From positions 49,713 to 113,712 of the forward strand of contig JBGCEL010000021.1 of NCBI GenBank assembly GCA_045106455.1: a stretch of 64,000 bases of DNA. The letters run 5' to 3'. A program made the position numbers and the translations under genes. The stretch comes from Gammaproteobacteria bacterium (GTDB taxonomy: Bacteria > Pseudomonadota > Gammaproteobacteria > Steroidobacterales > JBCCMA01). A model generated the notes under the pieces. The model ran no database searches. It worked only from the letters and a program-made list of their open reading frames with translations, and was not told the origin of the DNA. Shown here one piece after another: positions 48,764-58,667 of the stretch; positions within the stretch are counted from its first letter, which is position 1; the number at the start of each line of letters is the position of its first letter.

Positions 48764-50623
48764 TTAAGCCAGTATGGCGTTATTCACGCGCGTCAGGAAG
48801 GCCGTAGGGTCATCAAGCTGCCCGCCTGCCGCCAAAATCGCCTGCTCGTAGATCAGGTGACTCCAATCGGTGAACTGACTCTTGTCCTCAAGGTTCGCAA
48901 GACGCACCACCATCGGATGCGTTGGATTGATCTCAAGCACTTTTTGCTCCGCCGGCACCTCATGGCCTGCGTCGCGCAGCATACGTTTAACATGATCCCC
49001 CAGGTCACCCTCGGGGGCGACGAGACACGACACAGAATCGACCAGCCGCTTCGACACGCGTACATCCGACACGTGCTGTTTAAGAATGGATGCGATGCGG
49101 GCGGAGGTTTCGCGATACTGTTCATTCAGCGCATCGTCTTCGTCGCTTTTCTCTTCCTCGGGCTCCGTCGCTTCGCCGTGCGCCGCACTGCGCAGAGGCT
49201 TTTCTTCGAATTGCGTAAGATGCGCCACCAACCACTCATCCAGTGGTTCGGTCAGGATCAGCACTTCATGCCCTTTGGCGAGCAAACCTTCGAGGTACGC
49301 CGACTTGCGACCGGCACTCAAAGAATCGGCCAGCAAGTAATATATGGGCGCCTCTTTGTCGTCCTGACGTTCAACGTAGTCTGCCAAACTGACGTTCTGC
49401 ACGTCGCCGTCGGATTTGGTTGATGCGAAACGCAGCAGCTTGGCAATCGCATCGGCATTGGCGTGATCTTCCATCATGCCTTCTTTGAGCACCATGCCAA
49501 ACGCGTCCCAAAATGTTTGGTACTTTTCCTTATCCTTGGCAAGCGTTGAGAGCATACCCAGCACTTTTTTCGTGGAGCCCGCACGAATGCTGTCCACCGT
49601 GCGATCGTTTTGCAAAATCTCGCGCGATACGTTCAACGGCAGATCGTCGGCATCAATCACGCCGCGCACAAAGCGCAGATAGTTGGGCAACATAGCCTGC
49701 GCTTCGTCCATGATGAACACGCGCTTCACGAACAATTTTACACCGCGTGCTTTCTCACGATCCCACAAATCAAACGTGCGCTGGGACGGCACGTACAGCA
49801 GCGAACTGTATTCGGTTTTGCCTTCCACCCGGTTGTGGCTACGCGCCAGCGGCGCCTCACTGTCGTTAGAGACGTAGGTATAAAATTCGTTGTACTGCTC
49901 GTCGGTGATCTCGCTTTTAGCCCGGCGCCAAAGTGCCGATGACTGATTCACCGTGTCGATGGTCACCTCACCGTTTTCGCCCTCGCCCACCAGCTTGACC
50001 GGCACGGCGATGTGATCGGAGTATTTTTGTACGGTGTATTTAATGCGATGACTCTCGCTAAACGATTTGTCGTCTTCGCGCAGATGCAGCGTGATGGTGG
50101 TGCCGCGTGTGGTGCGCGCGCCGGCGTCCAGCGTGTACTCGCCGTCGCCGCTTGAACGCCACAATACCGCCGACTCGTCGCCCGCGCGGCGCGTGTCCAC
50201 CTCCACGGTGTCGGCCACGATAAAGGCGCTGTAAAAACCAACCCCGAATTGACCGATCAGCGCCGCGTCACGTTTTTCATCGCCGCTCATCTTGTCTAAA
50301 AATTCGCGCGTGCCTGAACGCGCGATAGTGCCGAGATTTTCGATCACCTCGTCGCGACTCATGCCGATACCGTTGTCCTCGATCTGCACCGTGCCTTTTT
50401 CGGCATCGAGCGTGATCGTGATACCGAGATCCGGATCGTCGGCCAGCAGTTCGGGTTGCTTGATCGCCTCAAAGCGCAGCTTGTCGCACGCATCGGCGGC
50501 GTTGGAAATCAGTTCGCGCAGAAAGATCTCTTTGTTGGAATAAAGCGAGTGGATCATCAAATGAAGCAGCTGCTTCACTTCGGCCTGAAAGGCATGGGTC
50601 TTGGCGGTGGTAGTAGCCGTCAT
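48764..50623 (-). CDS. htpG: Molecular chaperone HtpG (Hsp90)
   Basis: YSNKEIFLRELISNA, IGQFGVGFYS, LPLNVSRE. Confidence 0.97.
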   Translation of the reverse strand: MTATTTAKTHAFQAEVKQLLHLMIHSLYSNKEIFLRELISNAADACDKLRFEAIKQPELLADDPDLGITITLDAEKGTVQIEDNGIGMSRDEVIENLGTIARSGTREFLDKMSGDEKRDAALIGQFGVGFYSAFIVADTVEVDTRRAGDESAVLWRSSGDGEYTLDAGARTTRGTTITLHLREDDKSFSESHRIKYTVQKYSDHIAVPVKLVGEGENGEVTIDTVNQSSALWRRAKSEITDEQYNEFYTYVSNDSEAPLARSHNRVEGKTEYSSLLYVPSQRTFDLWDREKARGVKLFVKRVFIMDEAQAMLPNYLRFVRGVIDADDLPLNVSREILQNDRTVDSIRAGSTKKVLGMLSTLAKDKEKYQTFWDAFGMVLKEGMMEDHANADAIAKLLRFASTKSDGDVQNVSLADYVERQDDKEAPIYYLLADSLSAGRKSAYLEGLLAKGHEVLILTEPLDEWLVAHLTQFEEKPLRSAAHGEATEPEEEKSDEDDALNEQYRETSARIASILKQHVSDVRVSKRLVDSVSCLVAPEGDLGDHVKRMLRDAGHEVPAEQKVLEINPTHPMVVRLANLEDKSQFTDWSHLIYEQAILAAGGQLDDPTAFLTRVNNAILA

Positions 50624-50645
50624 CACATTCTCCTGAAGCTCAACG

Positions 50646-50671
50646 AAAAAACGGGCTGTTGTCAGCCCGTT
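50646..50671 (-). terminator. Rho-independent terminator after rplS
   Basis: Stem aacgggctg / cagcccgtt with 4-nt loop and a T run on the minus strand. Confidence 0.75.
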
Positions 50672-50700
50672 CGTTCTTAAATTGGAAGGTTGGGCGCGCC

Positions 50701-51048
50701 CTAGATCTTCTCTTTAATACGTGCGGCTTTACCGGTGCGCTCACGCAGGTAGTAAAGCTTGGCGCGACGTACGTCACCGCGCCGCTTGATCGTTACGCTG
50801 TCGACCGTTGGGCTGTAGGTTTGGAACACACGCTCCACGCCTTCGCCGTGCGAAATCTTGCGCACTGTGAACGCTGAGTTGATACCGCGGTTGCGCTTGG
50901 CAATCACAACACCTTCGTAGGCCTGCAAACGCTCGCGCGTGCCTTCTTTCACTTTCACCTGCACAACCACAGTGTCGCCCGGACGGAAATCCGGCATCTC
51001 ACGGTTCATGTTTTCTTTGTCCAGCTGTTCAATAATGTTAGTCGCCAT
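50701..51048 (-). CDS. rplS: 50S ribosomal protein L19
   Basis: [24 protein letters not shown]. Confidence 0.98.
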   Translation of the reverse strand: MATNIIEQLDKENMNREMPDFRPGDTVVVQVKVKEGTRERLQAYEGVVIAKRNRGINSAFTVRKISHGEGVERVFQTYSPTVDSVTIKRRGDVRRAKLYYLRERTGKAARIKEKI

Positions 51049-51068
51049 GACGGTTTCCTGTTCTCTTC

Positions 51069-51839
51069 TTAACGTCGCGTTGCGTTTGGCACTTCGTCCA
51101 ACTCCCGACGATATTCGTCGAGCAACGCTTTTTCATCTTCATTTACACCCCGCGCGTCGAGCAAATCTGGTCTTCGCTCCCACGTGCGGCCCAAAGCCTG
51201 TTTCAATCGCCAACGGGCGATTTTCGCATGATCACCGGACAGCAACACCGGTGGCACGCTGCGACCGTTGTGCGTATCCGGTCGCGTGTAGTGCGGATGG
51301 TCCAGCAGTCCGTTTGAAAACGAATCCTGCTGCGCCGACTCGGGATGGCCCAGCACACCGGGCAGAAGTCGAATCACCGCGTCCATCACGCTGAGCGCCG
51401 CCAATTCGCCGCCGCTCAACACAAAATCTCCAACCGACCATTCTTCGTCGATCGCCTCATCCATCAGTCGCTCGTCGACGCCTTCGTAGCGTCCTGCCAC
51501 CAGGATCAATCCCGGTTGTGCAGCCGACTCCTCAGCCAGCGCCTGATCAAACCGTTTGCCCTGCGGGCTCATCAGCACGACCTTGCTGCCTTTCGGGCAG
51601 TCCTGACGTGCCGCGGCGATGGCTTTTTCCAGCGGCTCGGCCTTCATGACCATGCCCGGACCACCACCAAACGGTCGGTCGTCCACCGTACGATGAACGT
51701 CCGTGCACTGCTCGCGCGGGTTGTACAACGACAACGTCGCCGTGCCTCGCTCGAGCGCGCTGCCGGTCACCCCCATCCCTGCCGCCGCTTTCACAGCCTC
51801 GGGAAACAACGTCACCAGCGCAAAATTCGTTAGTGGCAA
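51069..51839 (-). CDS. trmD: tRNA (guanine37-N1)-methyltransferase
   Basis: [30 protein letters not shown]. Confidence 0.98.
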   Translation of the reverse strand: MPLTNFALVTLFPEAVKAAAGMGVTGSALERGTATLSLYNPREQCTDVHRTVDDRPFGGGPGMVMKAEPLEKAIAAARQDCPKGSKVVLMSPQGKRFDQALAEESAAQPGLILVAGRYEGVDERLMDEAIDEEWSVGDFVLSGGELAALSVMDAVIRLLPGVLGHPESAQQDSFSNGLLDHPHYTRPDTHNGRSVPPVLLSGDHAKIARWRLKQALGRTWERRPDLLDARGVNEDEKALLDEYRRELDEVPNATRR

Positions 51840-51840
51840 A

Positions 51841-52335
51841 CTAGAACTCCGCGTCCCAGTCCACCACGATGCACTTGGTTTTCAGGTCGACCGAATCGAC
51901 CACCCGATCGCGCGCATACGGAATGAGTCGTTCCCGCTCGCCTTCGACCACCATCACATCGTGAGCACCGGTCTCCACCATGCGGCCGACCGTGCCCAAT
52001 GCCTCGCCTTCACGATTGACGACGCTCAGGCCGACCAGATCGCTCCAGTAATACTCACCGCTATCGAGTTCGGGTAGCTGTGATCGATCGACATCGATAT
52101 CACGCCCTACCAGCGCTGCGGCTTGATCTCGATCGTCGATCCCTTCGAGATGGACGATCAACCCTTTGCCGTGCGCCCGACCCGATGTCGGTTTCACCGC
52201 TCCGCGACCTTCAATTTGCCACGGACCGTAGTCCAGAATATTTTCGATGGGCTGCGTGAAGGACTGCACACGCAACCAACCCTTGACGCCGTACACGCCC
52301 GCCAGTCGCCCGACGATGACGCGCTCGGCGCTCAC
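51841..52335 (-). CDS. rimM: Ribosome maturation factor RimM
   Basis: [22 protein letters not shown]. Confidence 0.96.
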   Translation of the reverse strand: MSAERVIVGRLAGVYGVKGWLRVQSFTQPIENILDYGPWQIEGRGAVKPTSGRAHGKGLIVHLEGIDDRDQAAALVGRDIDVDRSQLPELDSGEYYWSDLVGLSVVNREGEALGTVGRMVETGAHDVMVVEGERERLIPYARDRVVDSVDLKTKCIVVDWDAEF

Positions 52336-52341
52336 CGGACT

Positions 52342-52599
52342 TTACTCGGCGGCCGCCTGAGCGCGTGAACGCTTCAGCAACTGACGAACGCGATCAGAGG
52401 TTTGGGCGCCCTGACCGATCCAGTAATCTGCACGTTCTGCATCCAGACGCAGGCCTTCTGAGGCACCGCGCGCCAGCGGGTTGAAGAACCCAAGTCGCTC
52501 AATGTAGCGGCCGTCGCGGCGGTTGCGGCTATCCGTTACCACGATGTGGTAGAACGGACGTTTCTTGGCCCCGCCACGGGACAAACGAATCGTAACCAT
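52342..52599 (-). CDS. rpsP: 30S ribosomal protein S16
   Basis: [24 protein letters not shown]. Confidence 0.98.
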   Translation of the reverse strand: MVTIRLSRGGAKKRPFYHIVVTDSRNRRDGRYIERLGFFNPLARGASEGLRLDAERADYWIGQGAQTSDRVRQLLKRSRAQAAAE

Positions 52600-52780
52600 G
52601 ATGATAGTTTCCCAACTGATGAAAACGGCCCGACGCCTCGTTGTGAAGCGGCTGGGCCGAACAAACCCGGCATACTACTGTATTCGCGGAAAAAAGAAAG
52701 GGTTTTTGCACAGCAGCACGATGCTCGTGCCTTTGCTCCGAAAAAGCCCCTAAATTTATGTAATTCAGGCGCTTATTGGG

Positions 52781-54142
52781 TTATCGAGGGCCCATTCCGG
52801 GTGGCAGACGCCCCTGCAGGCCACGCATCATGCCCTTGATCCCTACTTTGCCGAGCTTTTTCATCTGCTTTTGCATCAGATTATGTTGCTTCATGAGGCG
52901 ATTGAGGTCCTGAATCGTGAGCCCGGCGCCGTTGGCAATGCGCCGTTTGCGCGAACCATTAATAAGTTTGGGAAAACGCCGCTCGCGTGGTGTCATCGAA
53001 TTGATCAACGCAATCTGACGCCGCAACACCGAATCGTCCGCCTGCTTGGACAGCTGCTGTGACATACCGCCCATGCCCGGCAGTTTGTCCATCATCGCCC
53101 CCATGCCGCCCATGTCCAGCATCTGACTGTATTGACTGCGCAGGTCAGTAAGATCGAAACCCTTGCCGGCTTTGAGCTTGCGCGCCAAACGCTCGGCTTC
53201 GTCGTGATCGACCTTTTCCTGCACCTCTTCGGCCAGCGACACCACGTCGCCCATGCCGAGGATGCGTGACGCGAGTCGATCCGGGTGAAACGGCTCCAGC
53301 GCGTCAATCTTCTCACCGCTGCCCAGAAACTTGATCGGTTTGCCGGTGACTTCACGCACCGACAACGCCGCACCACCGCGCGCGTCGCCATCGGTCTTGG
53401 TCAGGATGACGCCGGTCAGATCCAGTGCCTCACCAAAGGCACTGGCGGCGGTCACGGCGTCCTGCCCGGCCATCGCGTCCACCACAAACAGGGTTTCAAC
53501 GGGATTGATGGCCGCGTGTACGGCCTGCACTTCACCCATCATGTCCGCATCGACATGAAGCCGACCTGCCGTATCAACAATGAGCACGTCCATACCGGCT
53601 TTGCGTGCATCGTCGAGCGCACGGCTCGCGATGACCGTGGCCTTCTCGCTCGCTTCGCTTTTGTGGAAGGTGGCATTGACCTGCTCGGCCAAACGCTCGA
53701 GCTGCAAGATGGCGGCCGGACGGTAGATGTCGGCGCTGACCAACATCACCTTTTTCTTGTCGCGTTCAATAAGGTGGCGCGCCAATTTGGCGGCGGTGGT
53801 GGTTTTACCCGCGCCCTGCAAGCCAGCGAGCAACACGACGGCCGGCGGCTGCGCGCGCAAGTCCAGGCTTTCGTTTTGCTGACCCATCACCTGCACGAGC
53901 TCGTCGTGCACGATTTTTATGAACGCCTGACCCGGCGTCAGGCTTTTCGAAAACGCCTGCCCTTGCGCCTTCTCTTTAATGTGACCGACGAAGGTTTTGA
54001 CCACCGGCAGCGCGACATCCGCCTCGAGCAGCGCCATGCGTACCTGACGCAGCGCATCTTTGATGTTGTCGTCAGTGAGACGGCCCTTGCCTTTAAGCAG
54101 GCCGAATGTATTGGAGAGCCGATCGCTAAGGGTATCGAACAT
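52781..54142 (-). CDS. ffh: Signal recognition particle protein Ffh
   Basis: GLQGAGKTT, DTAGR, DGDARGG, Met-rich M domain. Confidence 0.98.
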   Translation of the reverse strand: MFDTLSDRLSNTFGLLKGKGRLTDDNIKDALRQVRMALLEADVALPVVKTFVGHIKEKAQGQAFSKSLTPGQAFIKIVHDELVQVMGQQNESLDLRAQPPAVVLLAGLQGAGKTTTAAKLARHLIERDKKKVMLVSADIYRPAAILQLERLAEQVNATFHKSEASEKATVIASRALDDARKAGMDVLIVDTAGRLHVDADMMGEVQAVHAAINPVETLFVVDAMAGQDAVTAASAFGEALDLTGVILTKTDGDARGGAALSVREVTGKPIKFLGSGEKIDALEPFHPDRLASRILGMGDVVSLAEEVQEKVDHDEAERLARKLKAGKGFDLTDLRSQYSQMLDMGGMGAMMDKLPGMGGMSQQLSKQADDSVLRRQIALINSMTPRERRFPKLINGSRKRRIANGAGLTIQDLNRLMKQHNLMQKQMKKLGKVGIKGMMRGLQGRLPPGMGPR

Positions 54143-54204
54143 GAACTTCGCCGCAGTGTGGAAACAGGCTTTAGATTATATCAGCCCTTGCGCGCAAACA
54201 CGTC

Positions 54205-54972
54205 TTAAAGATCGAACACGTCACCGCGGCGCAGGCGTTTGATAAAACGCTCGGGAATGGCGTTTTGGACCTGGGCGAAAATCTCATCCTCCGTACCCGG
54301 CTTCATCGCCGTCACCCACAGGTCTGGCGTGTGCCGTAAGTTTTTCAGATCGGCGGCGAGCGTTGCCGGGCAGTAATGACCGGATTTTTCCGCAAGTTCA
54401 GCCTGCTGATTGGGAAAAGAGACTTCCATGATCAGCGTGTCCACGGTTTTGTAGTCGTTCAGCACTTCCCACAAAGACGCGTTGGTCATCGTGTCGCCGC
54501 TGAACGCGAACACAGAATCACCGCGCTCAATGCAGTAGCCCAATGACGGTACCGAATGGTGCACGTCCACCGCGCGCAGCGTGCATTCCTCAAACGCCGT
54601 GCGATCACCTGGTGCGAGCGTCACAAAGCGCAGCATGGATTCTTCCGGGGTGGGCAAGGCTTCGAAATCGGGCCAGATAACCCAGTTGAACACGTGCTCA
54701 CGTAACGCGGTGATCGTCTCCGCGCGGGCGTAAACCGTAATGGGGTGTTCCATGAGATCGTCGAACACGCTGTCGAGAAACAGCGGCAGACCGGCAATAT
54801 GATCAAGATGGCTGTGGGTCAGGAACACGTGGCGGATGCCTTTGAGTTCCCCCACAGTCAAATCGCCCACACCGGTACCGGCGTCGATAAGAATGTGATT
54901 GTTGACGAGGATCGAGGTGGTACGTAGCCCGAGGCCAATACCGCCGCTGCACCCTAAAATTCTGACACGCAT
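54205..54972 (-). CDS. MBL-fold 3',5'-cyclic-nucleotide phosphodiesterase (class II-like)
   Basis: LGCSGGIG, THSHLDHI, HVFNWVIWPDF, SGDT; start placed at ATG 54972. Confidence 0.8.
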   Translation of the reverse strand: MRVRILGCSGGIGLGLRTTSILVNNHILIDAGTGVGDLTVGELKGIRHVFLTHSHLDHIAGLPLFLDSVFDDLMEHPITVYARAETITALREHVFNWVIWPDFEALPTPEESMLRFVTLAPGDRTAFEECTLRAVDVHHSVPSLGYCIERGDSVFAFSGDTMTNASLWEVLNDYKTVDTLIMEVSFPNQQAELAEKSGHYCPATLAADLKNLRHTPDLWVTAMKPGTEDEIFAQVQNAIPERFIKRLRRGDVFDL

Positions 54973-55068
54973 ACGAGTGATTCCGGCTCTTGCACTCTTC
55001 TTTTCGCACAGAGCTTGTGCGATCATTAAGGCCTAAGTATAACCTAGCGATTTCATTAAAGGTTTTCT

Positions 55069-55854
55069 GTGCTGCAATTCACAGTACCCCTGTGCTACGC
55101 CACGCTCGGCGGCTGGCTCGTTCGTCACGACCCGACGAACGACCGTGGGCTCACATTTGCGGCCATGGGCGCCGTCCTGCTGGCGCATGCCCTCATGCTG
55201 GGCCAGATGTTGTCCATGCACAAAGCCGTGAGCCTCAGCATCGGCGAGCTTTTGTCGTTAATCGGTTTCGCTGTCGCGCTGGCGGCACTGGCGGGGGCGG
55301 CTCGCGCCCGTTCGAAAATTTTGGCCGGTTCGTCTCTCATTCTGGCTGCCGTGCTCAGCGCGGCGTCCACCTTCGGAACACAGCAAGTATCGACCGGACC
55401 ACTGGGCTGGCCGCTGCTGGCGCACGTCGTGCTCTCGGTGCTGTCGTATGCGTTGCTGAGCATAGCCGCGGTCACCGCGGTCTTTCTGGCTCTGAAACAC
55501 CGCGCGCTGAAGTCCGGCGTGGCCGCGCTGCAGTCGCCATCGCGCATCTCTATCGAAGCACTGGAAACCGAACTCTTTGGTGCCATTGGCGCCGGTTTCG
55601 GCTGTTTGTCGCTGGCGATCTTCAGCGGCTTATTTTATGTCGACGATATGTTCGCGCAGCACCTGGCTCACAAGACCGTGCTCACGATCGCGAGCTGGGT
55701 TTTCTTCGGCATTCTATTGATCGGTCGCTGGCGTTTCGGCTGGCGTGCACAAACCGCCGTGCGCTGGACGCTGGGCGGTTTTGCAACGCTGCTTCTGGCC
55801 TACTTCGGATCGCGCATCGTGCTCGAGCAGCTGCTCCAGCGTCAGTGGGGGTAG
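55069..55854 (+). CDS. ypjD: Inner-membrane protein YpjD (cytochrome c assembly CcsA family)
   Basis: AQHLAHKTVL, GRWRFGWR, LAYFGSR; synteny with ffh. Confidence 0.85.
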   Translation: MLQFTVPLCYATLGGWLVRHDPTNDRGLTFAAMGAVLLAHALMLGQMLSMHKAVSLSIGELLSLIGFAVALAALAGAARARSKILAGSSLILAAVLSAASTFGTQQVSTGPLGWPLLAHVVLSVLSYALLSIAAVTAVFLALKHRALKSGVAALQSPSRISIEALETELFGAIGAGFGCLSLAIFSGLFYVDDMFAQHLAHKTVLTIASWVFFGILLIGRWRFGWRAQTAVRWTLGGFATLLLAYFGSRIVLEQLLQRQWG

Positions 55855-55873
55855 CAGTCCGTTTCGGGCGCCC

Positions 55874-57139
55874 GTGACCACCACCCAGCTTTTTATCATC
55901 CTCGGTATTCTGCTCCTGACTTCGGCCTTTTTTTCTGGCAGCGAAACCGCTCTGATGCGTGTCTCCACGTTCCGGCTGCGCGCACTGGCGCGCGGTGGCA
56001 GCCGCGGTGCACGTCTGGCTGAGAAACTCCTGTCGCGCCCGGACCGCTTAATCGGCTTAATTTTGGCCGGCAATAACGCGGTCAACTTTGCCGCCTCGGC
56101 GATTACCGTCATTATCGCTCAGCGTCTGGGCGGCCAGGCGGCCGTGGGTCTGGCTACCGTGCTGCTGGTTTTCGTCGTGCTCATTTTTGCCGAGCTCACG
56201 CCTAAAACACTCGCGGCCCTGCACCCCGAGCGTGTCGCCCTGCCCGCCTCGATCATCTACTACCCACTCATGTTTGTGTTCTCGCCCATCGTGATGCTGG
56301 TCAATGCCATTGCGAACGGACTGCTGCGATTGTTTGGCGTACCGGTCGATGCCGACAGTTTGGAGACGCTCACGCGCGACGAACTGCATGCCACGGTGGC
56401 CGCATCGAGTGGTGTTATTCCAGCACGCCGGCAAAGCATGCTGCTGCGCATCCTCGAACTCGAAGAGGTGACGGTCGAAGACATCATGGTGCCGCGCGCC
56501 GACATTCATGGCATCGATCTTGAGGACGACTGGCCCACCATTCTGGCCGACATCAACAGCGCCACGCACACACGTCTGCCGGTGTTTCGGGAAAACCTCG
56601 ATCAGGTCGAGGGCATGTTGCATTTGCGCAGCGTGGTAAAAGCGCTGGCCCGCGATGCGCTCGATAAAGACGGCTTAATCGACGCGGTCATTCCCGCTTA
56701 TTTTGTGCCCGAAGACACGCCGCTGAACAAACAGCTGGTGAACTTCCAAAGCGCTCGTCAGCGATTGGGGCTGGTGGTGGATGAATACGGCGATCTGCAG
56801 GGCATGGTGACGCTGGATGATCTGCTGCAGGAAATCGTGGGCGATTATTCGTTGGGCTCAACGCCCACCGAGGAATCGGTGAATGTGAATGACGACGGCA
56901 GCTTTGTGGTGAGCGGCACCGCCAACGTCCGTGCGCTCAATCGAACGCTGCGCTGGCAACTGCCGGTCACGGGCGCAAAAACGCTCAATGGTTTGATTAC
57001 CGAGCATCTGCAAACAATTCCTGAATCGGGCACCGAACTCGATGTGGGCGGCTACAAAATGACGGTGTTGCGTACCCAGGGCAACGCCATAAGCTCAGTG
57101 CGTGTGGTAACGCCGCCTGCCAGTGACAACGACGACTAA
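55874..57139 (+). CDS. CNNM/HlyC-CorC family membrane protein (DUF21-CBS-CorC), YfjD/CorB-like
   Basis: SAFFSGSETA, HTRLPV, VVDEYG, KTLNGLI; GTG start at 55874. Confidence 0.9.
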   Translation: MTTTQLFIILGILLLTSAFFSGSETALMRVSTFRLRALARGGSRGARLAEKLLSRPDRLIGLILAGNNAVNFAASAITVIIAQRLGGQAAVGLATVLLVFVVLIFAELTPKTLAALHPERVALPASIIYYPLMFVFSPIVMLVNAIANGLLRLFGVPVDADSLETLTRDELHATVAASSGVIPARRQSMLLRILELEEVTVEDIMVPRADIHGIDLEDDWPTILADINSATHTRLPVFRENLDQVEGMLHLRSVVKALARDALDKDGLIDAVIPAYFVPEDTPLNKQLVNFQSARQRLGLVVDEYGDLQGMVTLDDLLQEIVGDYSLGSTPTEESVNVNDDGSFVVSGTANVRALNRTLRWQLPVTGAKTLNGLITEHLQTIPESGTELDVGGYKMTVLRTQGNAISSVRVVTPPASDNDD

Positions 57140-58491
57140 CCCGTCGCGATTTCCAACGCCTGCGCCAGTGAATCGACCGGCAGCACTTCCAACCCTTTAA
57201 TCGCTTTGCGCGGCGCGTTTGCGGTCGGCACGATGGCGCGTTTGAAACCCTGCTTGGCCGCGGCCAACAATCGCTCCTCGCCAAACGGGACGGGACGAAT
57301 TTCACCGGCAAGACCCACTTCGCCAAACGCCACCCCAACACCCTCGAGCGGTCGATCACGATAGCTCGACAGCACGGCCAGAAGCAGCGGCAAGTCCACC
57401 GCCGTTTCACTGACGCGCACGCCGCCGACAACGTTCACAAACACATCCTGCCCGCCGATGGGCACGTTGCCATGGCGGGCGAGCACCGCCAGCAACATCA
57501 CAAGACGATTGGGTTCGAGTCCCACGGAAACTCGGCGTGGATTGCCGGAGGTATCGCTGGCGAGCGCCTGCACCTCTACCAGCAGAGGCCGACTGCCTTC
57601 ACGACTCACCATGATGGCGCTTCCGGCCACGGCGCGGCTGTGCTGCGACAGAAAAATGGCCGACGGATTTTTGACTTCCTTAAGCCCGGTGTCGGTCATT
57701 GCAAACACGCCGATTTCGTTGGCGGCGCCAAAGCGGTTTTTCGCCGCGCGCACGATGCGATAGCGGCTGCCCGCGTCGCTTTCAAAATACAAGACGGTAT
57801 CGACCATGTGCTCAAGCACGCGCGGCCCGGCGATCACGCCTTCTTTGGTCACGTGGCCCACCAGAAAGACCGCCATGCCCGACAGCTTGGCCAGACGCAC
57901 GAGCTGCGCGGCGCACTCGCGCAGTTGACTTACCGTGCCGGGCGCGGCCTGCAGGCCGTCGGAGTACATCGTTTGTATGGAGTCGACGACTAACACGCCG
58001 GGCTTGCGCGCCACGGCTTCGGCCACAATTTTCTCAACACAGGTTTCGGCCAGCAGATTGAGCTCGACGTCGCCCAAATCCAGACGACGCGCGCGCAGCC
58101 CGATCTGGCGCAGCGATTCCTCACCACTGACATAGAGCGTTGAGAGTGTTTTGGAGAGTACGGCGCCGGCCTGCAGCAGCAGCGTGGACTTGCCGATTCC
58201 CGGCTCACCACCGATCAGACTCACCGAACCCGGCACCAAGCCGCCGCCCAGCACGCGATCGAGCTCTTTGAGTCCGGTGTCGATTCGCGGTTCCGGCTGG
58301 TTTTCAACGTCGCTGAGCCGTCGCACATTCCCTGCCGCCCCGGCGTAACCGCCACCACGCGCCGCTTTGGGCGCCACGGGCTGGGATTCGTTGAGCGTGT
58401 TCCAGGCCTCACAGTCGGGGCATTGCCCCTGCCATTTGGGCGTGGTGGCACCGCAGTCGCTGCAGACGTAAGTCGTTTTGGTTCTGGCCAT
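57136..58491 (-). CDS. radA: DNA repair protein RadA/Sms
   Basis: CSDC...CPDC Zn finger, GEPGIGKS, KNRFG. Confidence 0.97.
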   Translation of the reverse strand: MARTKTTYVCSDCGATTPKWQGQCPDCEAWNTLNESQPVAPKAARGGGYAGAAGNVRRLSDVENQPEPRIDTGLKELDRVLGGGLVPGSVSLIGGEPGIGKSTLLLQAGAVLSKTLSTLYVSGEESLRQIGLRARRLDLGDVELNLLAETCVEKIVAEAVARKPGVLVVDSIQTMYSDGLQAAPGTVSQLRECAAQLVRLAKLSGMAVFLVGHVTKEGVIAGPRVLEHMVDTVLYFESDAGSRYRIVRAAKNRFGAANEIGVFAMTDTGLKEVKNPSAIFLSQHSRAVAGSAIMVSREGSRPLLVEVQALASDTSGNPRRVSVGLEPNRLVMLLAVLARHGNVPIGGQDVFVNVVGGVRVSETAVDLPLLLAVLSSYRDRPLEGVGVAFGEVGLAGEIRPVPFGEERLLAAAKQGFKRAIVPTANAPRKAIKGLEVLPVDSLAQALEIATG

Positions 58492-58667
58492 TTGCGCGCG
58501 ATGTTAGCACTGGCGGCACGCGCCATGACAGGCGCACATCCGGGCGCTTTGTCGAACAGCGCAAAAGCGCCAACCAGGTGTCGAAAATTGGTACTGCGTC
58601 ACAAAATAACCGCAGAATTAACAGGTTCTTATGGTCTATACTCTCGTTCGACATAATGGAGTCTTTC

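Noticed and set aside
55033-55043. CTAAGTAT partial match to the FixJ-like motif
   Set aside because: Only 8 bp match, and it overlaps TATAAC, more simply a -10 element for ypjD.
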